From the NCBI GenBank assembly GCA_001179505.1, contig CDMY01000656.1, positions 62,001 to 126,000 of the forward strand: a DNA stretch of 64,000 nt, in the 5' to 3' direction. Shown piece after piece: positions 61,221-64,000 of the stretch (positions are counted from its first letter, which is position 1; each line of letters begins with the position of its first letter). A model generated the notes under the pieces. It worked only from the letters and a program-made list of their open reading frames with translations, was not told the DNA's origin and searched no databases. A program made the translations under genes and the position numbers. The stretch comes from Vitrella brassicaformis CCMP3155. Taxonomy: Eukaryota > Protista > Chromerida.

Positions 61221-61749
61221 GGGAACGGGATGCGCGTGTTCTACATTTTGTGTGTGGTGCGTCGTGAAGAGGTGCCTTTCGTGGCATATGTCGCATGAGA
61301 TTCGTGTGCGTGTACGACTGTGTCGGGGGAATTGTGGCCGATTTTTTGCGGCCATCGTTATCGGCCACTTTGTACACGCGCGCGGTTTTGCGTGGTGGTG
61401 TCTGCAAAGCCGTGGGGCGTCTGTCTTTGTGACGCTTCCATGTCTTGCATCTCTCCCGTGTGTGCGGTGTGTATCGGTAGCTAAGAGGGATGTGCGGGCT
61501 TGACGGACTGATGTGTGTGTGAGACGAATATTCGAGTGCGGGCATTGCTCAGTGAAGGACATCACATCAATGGATGAAGTGTCTGATACGTAGGCATCAC
61601 AAGGGACGAAACTGACAGCTCACCTGCACAATGTCAGTCAGCGTCCCCATCCCATATATCTCTTTCGACACGCGCCGAGCCGGTCCGCCCCACCATACGA
61701 ACCACCACCCATGCATCCACCAGCTAAGTAAGTGCTGTCTGTCGGTTGG

Positions 61750-63754
61750 TCAGCATCGTTCGAAGATCTTGTACAGACGCTCCAAACTCGTCAGCAACAC
61801 GATGGTGCGATCGCTCTCGTAACTGAAACACAAAGTAACCAATCACACCTCAGATCAATCACATCCACTCACTTCTCTCAGGTCGTGCCTTGCCCACCCA
61901 CTCACTCACTCAATGATGTGCGCCCTTACCTGTCGGGCACTTTGAATGTGTGGTTGAACCGCAGTGCTTTGTACCACACGTCCTCCATCAGCCGACGGGT
62001 GCTCTCACACACCGCATGGCGGGTCCGCCTCTCACCGCCGCCGCCACCGTCCTTGCTGCTGCTCGACCCTCCCCCTCCCCCACTTGAAGCCGCAGCAGCC
62101 GCAGCAGCGGCAGCAGCTGGGGCACTCGCGCTGGCACTAGCACTCGCTGGGCCGGGGCCGTTGTCGTCATGGGTGTGGTGGTTGCTGTCTTGCGGCGGGA
62201 GTGGGACGAAGAAGTAGGTGAGCAGTCGGCAGATGTCGGTCAGGCGGTCCTCCTCGCAATCCCAACGCACCTGCACGACATGACAACCAGATAGACAGAC
62301 AGACGGAGGGCTGAGAGAGAGAGTGTGTGTGTGTCGGTGAGTGTCATGATGTTGGCTGCTGCCCACCTGTACAGCCAGGCGGAGTACCCACAGAGGGAGG
62401 CCGTCGAAACCGGGGAAATACCTGGCGGCACAGAAAGAACCACCGTCACATCAGACGCCGGCGCTTGTGTGTGGCTGGTCACTTACTGTCTGAGGCACTG
62501 TGGGAACTGGCGCAGGTGACCATCCTGACACCATACGCACACACACGGGCACATGACACCGTGGTGTGATATTCATTGTCTGTCTGTCTGTCTGTCCGTG
62601 CCCAAAGTACCCGTATGTCGATGGCGAAGTAGTCCCGCAGCCACCGAGAGTGACGCTCGAGCCGCGACGCACATTCAACCTTCTTCGCACTTAACCACAG
62701 ACCACACCACAGACACACCACAGACACATGATCTAATGGACAAGATGTGTGTGTGTGTGTGTACTTGATTCGTTCCTCATCCTGCTGCTGTGCGGCGTCT
62801 TGCCCGTTGTCCTGTGCTGCCTTCTTGATCCCAGCCATAGGGTCGTGCAGGCCGAAGTGCAGGAGGTCACTGACTGGCAGGGGCGGGTCGATCTTGACAG
62901 CCGGGAAGCGGCCGATGCGATGCAATATGGACTGATACACACACTCTGCACATTACATACACATACCCACACAGACACAGACCAGCACGAGAGTTGTCTC
63001 CAGGCCATGCCTCAGATATCTGTCCATCCCCAGCCCCACCAATGATCGGTGTAGTGTGGTGTACCTCTGGTGAGTACGAGGAGGTTGACGAGGTACAGGC
63101 AGCTACGGTACTGCAGCAGCGCCATCTGCCGGTTGACGCTCCCCACCCACACCGATTGCGTCACCACCTCACTCAGCCGACGGCCCTCCGACCCACTGCA
63201 CGCCGCCTCTACCGCTCCCACGAGCTTCGACAGCCCCGGAGGAGCGGGGGGCGGTGGGGCCGGAGGAGTGGTGCTGCTACACACATGCTCTGACAACTGA
63301 ATGAACACCAGAAGCACAGCACACACACGAAGGGAAGGAGACGGCGTGTCTGTCTGGCTGCGTACGTGTCGCCTCTCTCTGCATTGTCTCTTTGAGTTCA
63401 GTCACCTCACCGGTCTCATCCTGAGTTCAGCGGGTCTCGGCAGCGGCTGCCCCACTCCGATGCCCCCGCCCTCCCTCATGGCCACAAACGCCCTCAGTGA
63501 CGACTGCTTGGGGTCGGTGCGCACCCTGGCCGCCTTGGGACCGGACTTCTTCTTGCGCTGTGGCTGCTGCTTGGCCTGCTGCTGGGGCTCCTCGTTGTCG
63601 GCCTCCTCGCCGTTGTTGTCGCCATCGTCTTCGGCGAGGAAGTCGATGGGCGGCGACCGCTCCCGCTTCCGTTGGGGGGGCCGCGGCAGCAGGGTGGTTT
63701 GGCGGAGGTCGAAAGTGCGCGACTTGGGGTATGACTCGAGGGACGACTGACACA

Positions 63755-63792
<38 letters not shown>

Positions 63793-64000
63793 ATGGCAAT
63801 GGTCGATGTGTGTGTGTCTGTGTGTGTTGGATGCAGGTAAGGTACCTGTAGGGTTTTGATGACGTGTGAGATGATGTCGTCTTGGTAGAGGAACTTGACC
63901 TCCCGCTTGGTGGGGTGCACGTTGACGTCCAGCGTCGTGGCCGGCAGCTCCAGCGACAGATACACCCACGGCTTGGACCCGCGCGGCAGCAGAGGCTCAT
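61750..64000 (-). CDS. MLH1: DNA mismatch repair protein MLH1, 3' portion (5' part beyond the right edge)
   Basis: [25 protein letters not shown] (MutL transducer domain), VRTDPKQ linker motif, VWVGSV...ALLQY...LYLVN, and the characteristic C-terminus [11 protein letters not shown] (stop at 61750-61752). Confidence 0.97.

Larger units (their letters stand above)
1..64000. repeat. Pervasive intronic microsatellites (CA)n, (TG)n, (GA)n, (TC)n, (GACA)n, (GGAC)n, (GGGA)n
   Basis: Present in most introns, for example 25894-26001, 32747-32888, 43319-43432 and 63747-63845. Confidence 0.95.

Noticed and set aside
60351-61565. 404-aa minus-strand ORF
   Set aside because: It is antisense to the Gly-zipper gene and its post-TAG extension, crosses an intron and the methyltransferase promoter, and has no recognisable motifs.
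100-63969. Numerous ORFs containing CVCVCV, THTHTH, SLSLSL or RERERE runs
   Set aside because: These are translations of intronic dinucleotide microsatellites, not real Cys- or His-rich proteins.

Overview
Eukaryotic, GC-rich, very intron-dense genomic DNA. Short introns are packed with (CA)n/(GA)n/(TG)n microsatellites. The style and gene content suggest a chromerid alveolate such as Vitrella brassicaformis (inference; no search was run). Gene models were spliced by eye, so exon boundaries are approximate. Left to right: (1) a partial duplicate of a GH10-like module; (2) a minus-strand secreted modular gene: expansin-like DPBB+CBM63, 8 Cys-rich repeats, then a GH10 xylanase-like barrel, with key catalytic residues apparently lost in both enzyme-like modules; (3) an accessory block (7-21 kb) with three mosaic paralogs of a lineage-specific, weakly F-box-like family, a signal-peptide-bearing divergent kinase, a TPR gene with an in-frame stop, and a pseudogene relic; (4) VAMP7; (5) a 27.6-kb gene for a giant type-I membrane protein (bacterial-style Ig modules in one intronless exon, many dozens of GCC2/GCC3-type Cys repeats, one TM helix, a very long cytoplasmic coiled coil), with a 300-N assembly gap inside; (6) a large polytopic membrane protein; (7) a SAM methyltransferase; (8) a secreted glycine-zipper protein with an in-frame TAG; (9) the 3' part of MLH1. 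No tRNA, rRNA, CRISPR array or recognisable transposase was seen. Most notable: the apparently doubly inactivated expansin-GH10 fusion, complementary 5'-(AC)n ... (GU)n-3' repeats that could bridge intron ends, the giant receptor-like protein, recurrent in-frame stops in otherwise open frames, and a candidate promoter motif, GCTCGCA.
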